64,000 bases of DNA from Patescibacteria group bacterium (GCA_041749335.1 JBGTBM010000010.1:142039-206038), one strand, 5' to 3'; counted from the first letter of the stretch, positions 1 to 9,957 are shown. Notes: a model not told the origin generated them from the letters alone. A program made the numbers and translations.

Positions 1-1510
1 AGATTGGGTCGATAAGTTAAAAAATTGCAAGAAAATTTATATCTGTTTTGATAATGATGAAGCTGGTCATAAAGGAGCTATGCGAGTAGCAGATATGATA
101 TATGAAAATACTGATTGTGAAACATTTAAAATTGATTTACCGGAAGAAGTCGGAGATGGAGGGGATATTACTGATTATTTAACAAAACTTAATGGCAATA
201 TTGAAGACTTATTTAGTAAATATTCAAGGCCTTATCCCGAAAGAATTGATACATCACAATTTAAACCTATTGTATTAAGCGATATTGTTAAGACGCTAGG
301 ATTAACGATTAAAAAAGATGAAACAAATAAAATCATAACTTTCCTATGCGAATTATCTGCATATACTGAAAGTTCCCAGTTTAATATTAGTTTTAACGCC
401 CCCTCCTCTACCGGCAAGTCTTATATACCTACAGAAATTGCACGCTTGTTCCCGGAAAAAGATATTGTCGAAATCGGATATTGTTCTCCTACAGCTTTTT
501 TCCATGATGTTGGAGAATATGATGAGGAAAGAAAAGGATATATTGTTGACCTGTCTAGAAAAATCCTTATCTTCTTAGACCAACCACACACCCAACTTCT
601 GGAAAGGCTAAGGCCTCTTTTATCGCATGATAAGAAAGAAATAAATATTAAAATAACCGATAAGAGCCAGAAATTTGGACTAAAGACAAAAAACGTTCTA
701 CTGAGAGGCTACCCTTCTGTTATTTTTTGTACAGCTGGACTAAGGATAGATGAACAAGAAGCAACACGATTTCTACTTTTAAGCCCCGAAACAAAACAGG
801 AAAAACTTAGAGAAGCAATACAAGAGAAAATTAAGAAAGAATCCGATTCCGCTGCATACAAGGAAGCCCTAAATAACAATCCTGAACGCAAATTATTACG
901 GAACAGAATAATGGCAATAAAGCAGGCAAAGATTAAGGAAATCAAAATCGCCTCCCCCGATATAATCGAGAAAAAAGTCTTAGATAATAAAATGTTGAAA
1001 CCTAGACACGCAAGAGATGTTGGTCGTCTCATATCGCTAATAAAAGCAAATGCTTTATTGAATTTATGGTTTAGGAAAAAGGAAGGATCAACAATTACTG
1101 CCAGTGATGATGATATTGAAAAAGCTTTCAAAATATGGGATTCAATATCAGAAAGTCAAGAATTGAATTTACCGCCATATATTTATAACCTTTACCACGA
1201 AGTTATTATGCCGGCCTGGAAAGAAAAAAACGAAGGACGATCGGAGGGATTTGAAGAAATTACAGGTGAGTTGGGATTATCACGACAAGATATTGTTCAA
1301 ATGCATTACAAAATTCACGGCAGATTTATAGCAGACTGGCAACTTAGACAGCATATAATCCCAATGCTAGAAACAGCGGGATTAATAATGCAAGAGCGAG
1401 ACCCAAGTGATAAACGTAAAATATTAATATATCCTACTCCCCTGTTAAACTCTGCAAATAAGAAAAACAATAGTGAGTCGAGTAGTGGGGTAAATAATTT
1501 AAAAATATGA
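1..1510 (+). CDS. Primase (TOPRIM)-P-loop NTPase fusion of an integrated element, 5'-truncated by the window edge
   Basis: Frame is open from the window start. It reads IYICFDNDEAG (TOPRIM DxD), then GDITDY, then a Walker A-like APSSTGKS. The C-terminus is winged-helix-like (DPSDKRKILIYP). Confidence 0.75.
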   Translation, partial: DWVDKLKNCKKIYICFDNDEAGHKGAMRVADMIYENTDCETFKIDLPEEVGDGGDITDYLTKLNGNIEDLFSKYSRPYPERIDTSQFKPIVLSDIVKTLGLTIKKDETNKIITFLCELSAYTESSQFNISFNAPSSTGKSYIPTEIARLFPEKDIVEIGYCSPTAFFHDVGEYDEERKGYIVDLSRKILIFLDQPHTQLLERLRPLLSHDKKEINIKITDKSQKFGLKTKNVLLRGYPSVIFCTAGLRIDEQEATRFLLLSPETKQEKLREAIQEKIKKESDSAAYKEALNNNPERKLLRNRIMAIKQAKIKEIKIASPDIIEKKVLDNKMLKPRHARDVGRLISLIKANALLNLWFRKKEGSTITASDDDIEKAFKIWDSISESQELNLPPYIYNLYHEVIMPAWKEKNEGRSEGFEEITGELGLSRQDIVQMHYKIHGRFIADWQLRQHIIPMLETAGLIMQERDPSDKRKILIYPTPLLNSANKKNNSESSSGVNNLKI

Positions 1511-1602
1511 CATCCAGTTGCAATACTTTATTTAAGGATTTAGCCAATAAAATCAACAATTTTACGTCTTATCTCTATTAATTTCGGTATTTTAAGAAAA
1601 AT

Positions 1603-2190
1603 ATGGCAAAACCATTAGCAGAACAATCCAATAGTATAAGTATATTTATGCTCAAAAAGTGGGGCTACATAAACTCAAAAGGCGGCCAATCTTGCGGAGT
1701 TTTAACATGGACTTCGTTCGGATATGAAAATAGTATTAATTTTAAGATTATTACTACAAGTAAAGATGAACCAGATGATTGCTATATAAAAATATCTTAT
1801 TCATATTCAGATATTTATAGCGATGATAAAGAATCTCTTGATTATAAAATAGAATTAACCACCACGGAGTGCAATTATGGAGGAACAAGATATTGGTTTA
1901 GATGTCCTTTAATAAGAAATGGTCATGCATGTAATAAACGAGTAGGTGTTTTGTATCAGGCGGGTAAATATTTTGGATGCAGATATTGTGCGGATATTTC
2001 GTATAAATCACAAAGACAAGGAGGTAATTATCGTGAAAGCTCAATAACAATTTATGATATTGAAAATTTTGAAAATGAAATAACAAAATATTATTATAAA
2101 GGAAAGCCAACCAAGAAGCATCTTCGTCTAAAAAAAATGCGAGATAGATTTGAGAAAGATTTTTATATTTCTGTTAGCTTACTTATATAG
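1603..2190 (+). CDS. Hypothetical Zn-finger protein, mobile-element associated
   Basis: 195-aa ORF with GGTRYWFRCP-x7-C...FGCRYC motif, lying between the primase and the recombinase. Confidence 0.65.
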   Translation: MAKPLAEQSNSISIFMLKKWGYINSKGGQSCGVLTWTSFGYENSINFKIITTSKDEPDDCYIKISYSYSDIYSDDKESLDYKIELTTTECNYGGTRYWFRCPLIRNGHACNKRVGVLYQAGKYFGCRYCADISYKSQRQGGNYRESSITIYDIENFENEITKYYYKGKPTKKHLRLKKMRDRFEKDFYISVSLLI

Positions 2191-2200
2191 AATTTGATAC

Positions 2201-2229
2201 TTTACTTATAATCAATAAAAAGATATAAT
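2201..2229 (+). promoter_or_regulatory. Putative sigma70 promoter of the recombinase
   Basis: TTTACT-N17-TATAAT; the predicted start (~2235) coincides with the start of a long hairpin. Confidence 0.5.
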
Positions 2230-2367
2230 ATATACGTTGACCCACTATTAATAATTTTCCAAGGAATTTTTGTTTGTCGCTATGATGGGCGACTCTGCCA
2301 ACAAACTACTCCTTGGAGTAATAGTTGGGTCAACCAGGGTCGTCCTTTTAGTTAATAAGATAAATAT

Positions 2368-3978
2368 ATGAATGAAGACAAACCTAAAATTAAATACTTT
2401 CTTTATACTCGCAAATCCTCAGAGGCTGAAGATAAACAAGTGGCTTCAATTGATTCTCAAATATCAGAATTAAGAAAAAAAGCTAAGCAAGTAAATATTA
2501 AGATCGTAAAGATATTTAAAGAATCTATGTCAGCTAAAGCTCCTGGTCGCCCCGTTTTTAACGAAATGTTAAGCAAAATTCAAAATGGCGAAGCTGACGG
2601 AATTTTGTGCTGGAAACTTGATAGGCTTGCCAGAAACTCAGTAGATGGAGGTCAAATTATATATTTACTGCAAAGTAATATTATTAAAAATATACAAGCA
2701 TATAGTCATAGCTATTATCCTAATGATAATGTTGTCATGATGTATGTTGAGTTCGGTGTAGCAAATCAATTTGTTAAAGATTTAAGCCAAAATGTAAAAA
2801 GAGGCTTTAATTCAAAAGCTCAAAGAGGATGGTTTCCTAACCGATTAACCCTGGGATATATGCACAATCCTAAAGGCTATGAAGATGGTAAGGAAATAAT
2901 CATTGATCCGGATAGCTTTAATGGTTTAAGAGAAGTATTTGATTTAGTTCTCACAGGTAATTATACGGTACCAGAAATATACAAAATTGCTATTAACGAG
3001 CTTTGTCTTAGAAATAAGAAGGGCAAGAAATTTTCACTAAGCACCTTATATAGAATATTAACTGATACATTTTATTATGGAGAATTTGAATATCCAAAGG
3101 GTAGTAGTGATTGGTTTACGGGTAAACACCATCAAATGATAACAGAAGAAGAATATGACAAGATTCAAATCATTTTAGGTAGAAAGGGCAAACCTCGCCC
3201 CAAGACTCATAAATTCGCCTATACAGGCCTTATACGCTGTGGTGAGTGCGGATGCAGTATAACCGCAGAAGATAAAATTAAAAAACAAATAAATGGTAAT
3301 ATACATAGATACACATACTATCACTGCACAAAACGTAAAAAAATACCCTGCTCCCAAAAAAATATAAGAGTTGAAAATTTAGAGAAGCAAATTAAAAATG
3401 TATTAGAAAAAATTGAAATTCCTAACAAGTTTTATCAGTGGGCATTAGATGAATTGCGGGAACGAAATAAAAAAGAATCCATAAATAGAGAAGAATTATT
3501 GTCTACGCAACAAAGACAATACAACAATTGTATCCAGAAAGTAGATAGATTGATTGATATGAGAACTAATGGAGAGCTTACAGAAGAAGAGTTTAAAAAT
3601 AAAAAGAGGGAATTAATAAAAGAAAAGGATAATTTCCAGAAACTTCTCAAAGACACAGACAACCGAGTAGACGACTGGTTAGACAAAGCAGAAGAAATGT
3701 TTAAATTTGCAGAAACTGCTAAATACAGATTTGAAAATGGCACCCTTGAAGATAGAAAGAATGTGCTTTCTATACTAGGTTCGAACCTCTTCCTAAAAAA
3801 CAATATTTTAAGTATACAAGTACAAAAACCCCTATTACTCATTCAAAAAGCCTCTTCTGAGATAAAAGCTTTTTCCAGAATGTTAGAACCTCAAACAATT
3901 GGCTTAAACAAAAGAAAAAAGAGAGCTTCTCGCTCTCAATTTCCTACACTATGGGACGTACAAGAATCGAACTTGTGA
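2368..3978 (+). CDS. Large serine recombinase (resolvase + recombinase + Zn-ribbon + coiled coil)
   Basis: YTRKSS catalytic motif, GRPVF, KLDRLAR, GLIRCGECG and YYHC Zn ribbon. Confidence 0.93.
   Translation: MNEDKPKIKYFLYTRKSSEAEDKQVASIDSQISELRKKAKQVNIKIVKIFKESMSAKAPGRPVFNEMLSKIQNGEADGILCWKLDRLARNSVDGGQIIYLLQSNIIKNIQAYSHSYYPNDNVVMMYVEFGVANQFVKDLSQNVKRGFNSKAQRGWFPNRLTLGYMHNPKGYEDGKEIIIDPDSFNGLREVFDLVLTGNYTVPEIYKIAINELCLRNKKGKKFSLSTLYRILTDTFYYGEFEYPKGSSDWFTGKHHQMITEEEYDKIQIILGRKGKPRPKTHKFAYTGLIRCGECGCSITAEDKIKKQINGNIHRYTYYHCTKRKKIPCSQKNIRVENLEKQIKNVLEKIEIPNKFYQWALDELRERNKKESINREELLSTQQRQYNNCIQKVDRLIDMRTNGELTEEEFKNKKRELIKEKDNFQKLLKDTDNRVDDWLDKAEEMFKFAETAKYRFENGTLEDRKNVLSILGSNLFLKNNILSIQVQKPLLLIQKASSEIKAFSRMLEPQTIGLNKRKKRASRSQFPTLWDVQESNL
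3915..3937 (-). terminator. Intrinsic terminator downstream of tRNA-Lys, inside the recombinase CDS
   Basis: Minus strand GAGAGC-GAGAA-GCTCTC-TTTTTT. Confidence 0.55.
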
Positions 3979-4024
3979 CCTTCTGCTTAAAAGGCAGCTG
4001 CTCTACCTGCTGAGCTAACGTCCC
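3952..4024 (-). tRNA. tRNA-Lys(TTT)
   Basis: GGGACGTTAGCTCAGCAGGTAGAGCAGCTGCCTTTTAAGCAGAAGGTCACAAGTTCGATTCTTGTACGTCCCA folds as a cloverleaf; anticodon loop CTTTTAA. Confidence 0.95.
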
Positions 4025-4054
4025 ATATAAATTAAATTATTAATGATTCTACGC

Positions 4055-4167
4055 TGTGACCTTTCCCGCCAAGCGGGACTGCTCCCCGCCTCGCGTCGAC
4101 GAGCGACTGCGAGTCGAGGCGGGTACCTGCTGCCTGCCCGCCGTAGGAGGGGAGCTAACGTCCCATA
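4055..4167 (-). pseudogene. Degenerate copy of tRNA-Lys carrying three palindromic inserts
   Basis: Blocks tgtgacctt / ctgctc / tacctgctg / gagctaacgtcccata are collinear with the adjacent tRNA-Lys and are separated by GC-rich hairpins. Confidence 0.85.
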
Positions 4168-4178
4168 ATAAAACCAAC

Positions 4179-4266
4179 GTCATCCTGATCCCGCAAAGTG
4201 GGAGAAGGATCTCATTGCAAATGCAAAAAATCCTTTTTCTCAGTAAAACCGAGAAGTCAGCATGAC
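4179..4266. repeat. REP/MITE-like palindromic element
   Basis: Terminal inverted repeat GTCATCCTGA...TCAGCATGAC, inner AAGGAT/ATCCTT, nested tcccgcaaagtggga hairpin. Confidence 0.65.
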
Positions 4267-4317
4267 AATATATATATAAAATTATTCTATTAAACACCAG
4301 AAGTCAATATAAATTTA

Positions 4318-4836
4318 TCATGACTCCTTCTTTTTTATTAATACCATGGCTAAAATCGGCACCAACATCCACGCAAGTTTGGAAACATTGGTGGTAAATA
4401 ATTTTTTGGTAATTGGAGCAAATGATGAGATCGTTTCAGCCGGAAGAAAAGATAAAATTATGCTTATCAATAACCCTACCAGTAAAAAACTGAATAATAA
4501 AACTACCAATGGATTTATTTTTCCGGAAAAGCTTGATAAGGCTCCCATGCGGGAAAACAATACAAAAAGTATTACTACACAAAAAATAAAAACTACCACT
4601 TTAAGCGCCGATACGGAACCCAGATGAAATTTTGAGGAAGTTTCGTCTGTAATAAAAGGCAAAGTAGATGTAATAGCCAGTCCGATATATTGGCTCAGCA
4701 GAACGAATAATACTCTGGCTCTTCCCAAGGTAAAGGCGAAAAGGATCCCAACCGCAGTAAAAAAAATTATTATAAAAAGATCCCAAGTTGGAACCGTCCA
4801 ATTTATGCTAGAAATTAAGTTACCGATATACTGCAT
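4318..4836 (-). CDS. Hypothetical multi-pass membrane protein
   Basis: 172 aa with about five hydrophobic segments. Confidence 0.75.
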   Translation of the reverse strand: MQYIGNLISSINWTVPTWDLFIIIFFTAVGILFAFTLGRARVLFVLLSQYIGLAITSTLPFITDETSSKFHLGSVSALKVVVFIFCVVILFVLFSRMGALSSFSGKINPLVVLLFSFLLVGLLISIILSFLPAETISSFAPITKKLFTTNVSKLAWMLVPILAMVLIKKKES

Positions 4837-4905
4837 TTTTGTTTTTTGTTTTATAAATCTATTTATATTATTTTAGCATAAGATCTAATGTATGTAAAAT
4901 AATTT

Positions 4906-6081
4906 TTATTCAAATATTTTATGGAAAAAACTTTTATTATTTACTTTTCCGCTTTGCCCATCCTCTCCAGCCAATTCTAAAAATAATTCTTTTTCTTTTT
5001 TAGTTAGTTTTTTAGGCGTCACTACCATTACTTCCACTAATAAATTTCCGGTTTTATTACTATGAATATAGGGCATGCCCATGTTGGCAATTTTAAAAAT
5101 CTTTCCGCTTTGCACCCCCGCCGGAATTTTAAAAGCTATTTTCCCCTTTAGTGTATTAATATTTATTTCTCCTCCCAGCGCTGCCTGTGTAAAGCTGATC
5201 GGCACTACCACCTTAATATCATTCCCAACTCTTTCAAATTCTTCGTGTTTAGAGACATTAACGGTGGCAAATAAATTTCCATTTGGCCCACCCTTTAAAC
5301 CGGCTTCTCCCGCTCCTTCAATTTCTATGGTCTGACCGGAGGAAATACCTGCGGGAATTTTTATTTTAATTCTTTTGTATTCTTTAACTCGACCGTCTCC
5401 ACCGCATTTTACGCATGGTTTTTGCGCTTTTTTACCCTCTCCCCGACAATCCGGACAAGTAACAACCTGTGTAAATGCTCCCATTATTGTTTGCTGCGTT
5501 TTTCTCACTTTTCCGGATCCATTACAGGTTTTACAAGTTTCAATTTTTGTTCCCGGTTCCGCTCCATTGCCATGGCATCTTTCACATTTATCTCGTTTAT
5601 AAAGTTCAATTTCTTTTTCAACGCCCCAAAAAGCGTCTTCAAACGATATTTCAATATTAACACTTATGTCATCACCTTGAATCGGGCCAGTTCTCCTGGA
5701 TTTTCCTGCGCCTCCCCCAAAAAAACTGCCAAAAATGTCACCTAGATCTAAATCATCTAAATTTATATTAAAGCCTTGTTGAGAATATTGCCCGCCGCCA
5801 AAACCTGAAAATCCTTCTTGCCCGGAAAAACCACCCTGTTGATAAAATCCGCCGCCGGGTTGTCCTCCCGCTTGCCCAAAAGCAGACCCAAATTGATCAT
5901 ATTGGCTTCTTTTTTGTTTATCAGATAGTGTCTGATATGCCTCGTTAACCTCTTTAAATTTTGCCTCATCTCCGCCCTTGTCGGGATGATGCTTTTGCGC
6001 AGCTTTTCGATAAGCTTTTTTTATTTCGACCTCAGAGGCATCCTTAGCCACACCCAATATTTCATAATAGTCTTTTGGCAT
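4906..6081 (-). CDS. dnaJ: Chaperone DnaJ
   Basis: J domain with HPD, G/F-rich region, four CxxCxGxG repeats. Confidence 0.97.
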   Translation of the reverse strand: MPKDYYEILGVAKDASEVEIKKAYRKAAQKHHPDKGGDEAKFKEVNEAYQTLSDKQKRSQYDQFGSAFGQAGGQPGGGFYQQGGFSGQEGFSGFGGGQYSQQGFNINLDDLDLGDIFGSFFGGGAGKSRRTGPIQGDDISVNIEISFEDAFWGVEKEIELYKRDKCERCHGNGAEPGTKIETCKTCNGSGKVRKTQQTIMGAFTQVVTCPDCRGEGKKAQKPCVKCGGDGRVKEYKRIKIKIPAGISSGQTIEIEGAGEAGLKGGPNGNLFATVNVSKHEEFERVGNDIKVVVPISFTQAALGGEININTLKGKIAFKIPAGVQSGKIFKIANMGMPYIHSNKTGNLLVEVMVVTPKKLTKKEKELFLELAGEDGQSGKVNNKSFFHKIFE

Positions 6082-6185
6082 ATTTCATATTAAATAACCA
6101 CGCCATCCTGGGTTTTTTAGTCTGTAAACACAATTATATGCGCTTACATCTCACTGCCTGCCTTAGATGACGTGATATTTATAAT

Positions 6186-8114
6186 TTATTTTTTATCCTT
6201 TTTTACATCTTCGCCCCGGCCTTTAACATTTTCTTCAGGTTTTGTTTTATCTTTATCGTCTTGTTTCCCCGCATTTTTGTCAGCTGCTTGTCCAGCTTGT
6301 TGATTTTGCTGTGCGGCTTGATACATTTGCTGGCCGACTTTTTGAATCTCTTGGCTTAATTCATCCGCTGCTTTTTTGATTGCATCCACGTCATCGCTAT
6401 CTTTTACTTTCTTCAATGCTTCAACTTTCTCTTCGACAGATTTCTTGACTTTTTTATCAACTTTATCACCGGCATCTTTTAATGTTTTTTCGGTAGAATT
6501 TACCAATGTTTCCGCATTGTTTTTAATTTCAATCTTTTCTTTCTTTTTCTTGTCTTCTTCGGCATGCTCTTCCGCATCTTTTTTCATCTTTTCAACTTCT
6601 TCCTTAGAAAGACCGGTGGAGCCTTGAATAGTTATGCTTTGCTCCTTGTTAGTAGCTTTATCAATCGCTTTTACGTTTAAAATACCATTGGCATCGATAT
6701 CAAAACTAACTTCTATTTGAGGCACTCCGCGCGGTGCCGGAGGAATTCCATCAAGCATAAATCTTCCCAGCGATTTATTATCAGCCGCCATTTCTCTTTC
6801 ACCTTGCAAAACATGAATTTCTACGGATGGCTGGTTGTCGGCTGCCGTAGAAAATATCTGTGATTTAGAAGCCGGAATAGTCGTATTTCTTTCAATTAAT
6901 GGAGTTCTTACTCCACCCAATGTTTCAATACCTAAAGTTAAGGGAGTAACATCTAAAAGCAAAACGTCCTTAACATCACCCCTCATTACTCCGCCCTGAA
7001 TAGCTGCGCCCATGGCAACTACTTCATCCGGATTTATTCCCTTATGCGGCTTCTTGCCAAATAAATCCTCAACCGCTTTTTGAACTGCCGGCATTCTGGT
7101 CTGGCCACCGACTAATATTACTTCGTCGATATCCGATGTATTTAACTTCGCATCTTCCAACGCCTTTTTAGTAGGTTCCAATGTTCTCTGCACTAAATCC
7201 GCAGTAAGTTCTTCTAATTTAGCGCGTGTTAATTTTATGTTCAAATGTTTAGGTCCGCTTGAATCAGTAGTAATGAATGGCTGGTTAACATCAGATTCCA
7301 TTGTTGTTGACAGCTCGTGCTTTGCTTTTTCTGCAGATTCCTTTAGCCTTTGCAGCGCCATTTGGTCTTTAGATAAATCGATTCCCTGGTCTTTTTTAAA
7401 CTCTTCAATTAGCCAGTTAATAATTTTCTGGTCAAAATCGTCTCCCCCCAAATGAGTGTCTCCATTAGTAGCTTTAACTTCAACTGTATTATCGCCTACT
7501 TCCAAAACCGACACATCGAACGTTCCACCGCCCAAATCGTAAACCACAATTTTCTCTTCTTTCTTTTTATCAAGCCCATAAGCCAAAGCTGCGGCCGTAG
7601 GTTCATTAATTATTCTTTTAACATTTAGGCCGGCAATCTTTCCTGCGTCCTTGGTCGCTTGCCTTTGCGAATCGTCAAAATAAGCGGGGACGGTAATAAC
7701 CGCGTCCTCAACTTTTTCTCCCAGATAATCTTCCGCATCCACTTTCATTTTTTGCAAGATCATGGCGGAAATTTCTTGAGGCGTATGATCTTTTCCATTC
7801 ATTTCAACGATAATGCTGCCGTTTTTCCCCTCTTTGATCTTATATGGCATTAACTCAATATCTTTTTTTGCATCCTCATCAGAATATTTTCTACCGATGA
7901 ATCTTTTTACAGAAAATATGGTATTTTGTGGATTAGTAACGGCTTGCCTTTTTGCAAGCTGCCCCACAACTCTTTCTCCATCAGATTTTATGGCTACCAT
8001 TGAGGGCGTGGTTCGATTGCCTTCTTTATTTTCAATAACTTGCGCCTCTCCGCCCTCAACTACGGCCATAGCCGAGTTGGTGGTGCCCAGATCTATTCCT
8101 AATATTTTTGACAT
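6186..8114 (-). CDS. dnaK: Chaperone DnaK
   Basis: [29 protein letters not shown]. Confidence 0.99.
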   Translation of the reverse strand: MSKILGIDLGTTNSAMAVVEGGEAQVIENKEGNRTTPSMVAIKSDGERVVGQLAKRQAVTNPQNTIFSVKRFIGRKYSDEDAKKDIELMPYKIKEGKNGSIIVEMNGKDHTPQEISAMILQKMKVDAEDYLGEKVEDAVITVPAYFDDSQRQATKDAGKIAGLNVKRIINEPTAAALAYGLDKKKEEKIVVYDLGGGTFDVSVLEVGDNTVEVKATNGDTHLGGDDFDQKIINWLIEEFKKDQGIDLSKDQMALQRLKESAEKAKHELSTTMESDVNQPFITTDSSGPKHLNIKLTRAKLEELTADLVQRTLEPTKKALEDAKLNTSDIDEVILVGGQTRMPAVQKAVEDLFGKKPHKGINPDEVVAMGAAIQGGVMRGDVKDVLLLDVTPLTLGIETLGGVRTPLIERNTTIPASKSQIFSTAADNQPSVEIHVLQGEREMAADNKSLGRFMLDGIPPAPRGVPQIEVSFDIDANGILNVKAIDKATNKEQSITIQGSTGLSKEEVEKMKKDAEEHAEEDKKKKEKIEIKNNAETLVNSTEKTLKDAGDKVDKKVKKSVEEKVEALKKVKDSDDVDAIKKAADELSQEIQKVGQQMYQAAQQNQQAGQAADKNAGKQDDKDKTKPEENVKGRGEDVKKDKK

Positions 8115-8230
8115 TGTTTTATCCTTTCTAAATTAATATTACTTTTAAATTATTTTTCTCCCTGTGGATAAACTAATTGATAATTTACCCGCAGCGAGCT
8201 ACCTCTTATTCGAGATAGCTCAAATTTTTC

Positions 8231-8662
8231 TTATTTTTCAATATTTACTTTGATCTTTTTAATTTCCTTTATCGGCTCCGCTTTGGGAATATTAATCTTT
8301 AGAATACCGTTTTCAAATTTGGCTTTGGCCTCATTGGCCATTACCGGAAACGGCAAATTAACCATGCGAGAAAAACTCCCCTTTCGAATCTCTTTCTTAA
8401 AATAATTTTCCTTTTTTATCTCTTCCTTTTTTTCTGTTTCTCCCCTTATTGTCAACATATCGTCTTCAATCGAAATATCAATCTTATCCGGATCTACTCC
8501 CGGAACTGAAGTTTCAACCACTACTTGATTGTCAGTTTGATAAACATCGCAGGCCGGAGCTAGTTTAACTTCTCCTTCCCAAGCCTTTGGCAAATTTCTT
8601 TCGAAAAAACTGTCAAACTCCTCGAAAGGATCCCACCATGGCTGTAATGAAAATTTTGGCAT
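8231..8662 (-). CDS. Hsp20/alpha-crystallin small heat-shock protein
   Basis: DIDISIEDDMLTIRG-like strand pattern, GSFSRMVNLP, AKFENGILKINIPK. Confidence 0.93.
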   Translation of the reverse strand: MPKFSLQPWWDPFEEFDSFFERNLPKAWEGEVKLAPACDVYQTDNQVVVETSVPGVDPDKIDISIEDDMLTIRGETEKKEEIKKENYFKKEIRKGSFSRMVNLPFPVMANEAKAKFENGILKINIPKAEPIKEIKKIKVNIEK

Positions 8663-8689
8663 AGTTTTTTCCTTTCTTTTTATTAATTA

Positions 8690-9172
8690 TTATTTAGCCA
8701 CTTTGACCCGAGCGGGCCTAATGACTTTATTTTTAAATTTATAACCAGTTTGAATTTCCTCAATAATCTTTCCGCTTTCGGCTTTGCTTTTTACCGATTC
8801 AATCGCTTCATGCATTTCCAGGTCAAAATCTTCCCCCAGGCTTTTTATCGATTCCACCTCATTATCCAGTAAATATTTATCGAATTGATCCTTAATAAAA
8901 CCTATTCCCCGCACCCAATTATTATCTTGAATTTCTGCTGGAATATTTTTATAAGCATTGGCAAAATTATCCACCACGGGTAATAAGTTTAAAATCATTT
9001 CCGCATTAACATATTCCATCAACTTTTTTTTCTCTTCAGCCGTACGTTTTTTTAAATTTTCGTAATCAGCTTTCGCCCTTTTCCATCCGGCTAAATTTTC
9101 TTCAACCTGCTTTTTTAAAATTTCTATTTCGCCTTTTTCTTCTTTTTTATTAAAAATATTTTTTTTATTCAT
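8690..9172 (-). CDS. grpE: Nucleotide exchange factor GrpE
   Basis: RAKADYENLKKR, FDLEMHEAI, GYKFKNKVIRPARVKV. Confidence 0.96.
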   Translation of the reverse strand: MNKKNIFNKKEEKGEIEILKKQVEENLAGWKRAKADYENLKKRTAEEKKKLMEYVNAEMILNLLPVVDNFANAYKNIPAEIQDNNWVRGIGFIKDQFDKYLLDNEVESIKSLGEDFDLEMHEAIESVKSKAESGKIIEEIQTGYKFKNKVIRPARVKVAK

Positions 9173-9173
9173 T

Positions 9174-9917
9174 TTAAATAATTATTATTGCAAAAACTAC
9201 CACTAGACCTGAACCTAATAACTTTTTTACATATTTAACCAACGAAATATTTTTTGAATATTGCATTCTTTTGGGACCCACCACTGCGATTATTCCCCTT
9301 TCGCCCGAAGGAAATTCTATCCCGGATAATATCATGCTGCAGCTTTCAACTTTGGCTAAAGGATTCTCGCTACCGATAAATATCTCAATATTTTTTTTCT
9401 GTGTTTGCTGCGCCAATTGATCAATGTTTTCATCGATATATTCCAATAGTTCAGCCACCTGGCAAACCTTGTCTGATTCCTTAAATTCCGGATTTTTAAG
9501 AAGTTCCGACATGCCGAAATCCCACACCGAATCTGAATCCACTAGGCCCGATAATGCCAGATTGCTAGACATCAGTGACAGCATTTTAGCCATGCTTTTT
9601 GCCATCCGATTATGCTGGGCGCGCAGTTTTAATAATTCAGTTTGTAACGCTCTCTGTTCATTATGATTTAATTTCTTTTCCCTCATTAAAGTATCGACAA
9701 AATACCGATAACCCTTGTCGGTTGGCACTCTGCCGGCAGATGTGTAGGGTTGAAAAATATATCCCTCTTCTTCCAACTCCTGCATTTCATTTCTGATAGT
9801 GGCAGTAGAAACCTTAACTTTAAAATTTTCCGCAATTTCAGAAGAACTGACCGGCTTAGCGCTGTCTATATATTTTTTTATAAGAGATCCTAAAATTAAT
9901 TCTTTTCTTATTTCCAT
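9174..9917 (-). CDS. hrcA: Heat-inducible repressor HrcA (short form)
   Basis: STATIRNEMQELEEEGY, TSAGRVPTDKGYR, VVGPKRMQY; CIRCE upstream. Confidence 0.95.
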   Translation of the reverse strand: MEIRKELILGSLIKKYIDSAKPVSSSEIAENFKVKVSTATIRNEMQELEEEGYIFQPYTSAGRVPTDKGYRYFVDTLMREKKLNHNEQRALQTELLKLRAQHNRMAKSMAKMLSLMSSNLALSGLVDSDSVWDFGMSELLKNPEFKESDKVCQVAELLEYIDENIDQLAQQTQKKNIEIFIGSENPLAKVESCSMILSGIEFPSGERGIIAVVGPKRMQYSKNISLVKYVKKLLGSGLVVVFAIIII

Positions 9918-9930
9918 TATTTTAGATAAT

Positions 9931-9957
9931 TTAGCACTCTATCATATAGAGTGCTAA
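9931..9957 (-). promoter_or_regulatory. CIRCE operator (HrcA site)
   Basis: Perfect TTAGCACTC-N9-GAGTGCTAA. Confidence 0.97.

Larger units (their letters stand above)
1..3978. mobile_element. Right arm of an element integrated at the 3' end of tRNA-Lys
   Basis: Primase/NTPase plus serine recombinase abutting and overlapping the tRNA 3' end. The left boundary is outside the window. Confidence 0.8.

Noticed and set aside
4049-4297. Short ORFs 4049-4297(-) and 4056-4265(+)
   Set aside because: They are open only because they cross GC-rich palindromes and the tRNA pseudogene.
8163-8171. Perfect DnaA box (TTATCCACA on the minus strand) and scattered near-matches at ~18668, ~28071 and ~57265
   Set aside because: Isolated boxes with no cluster and no dnaA nearby do not support an origin call, despite parAB being in the window.
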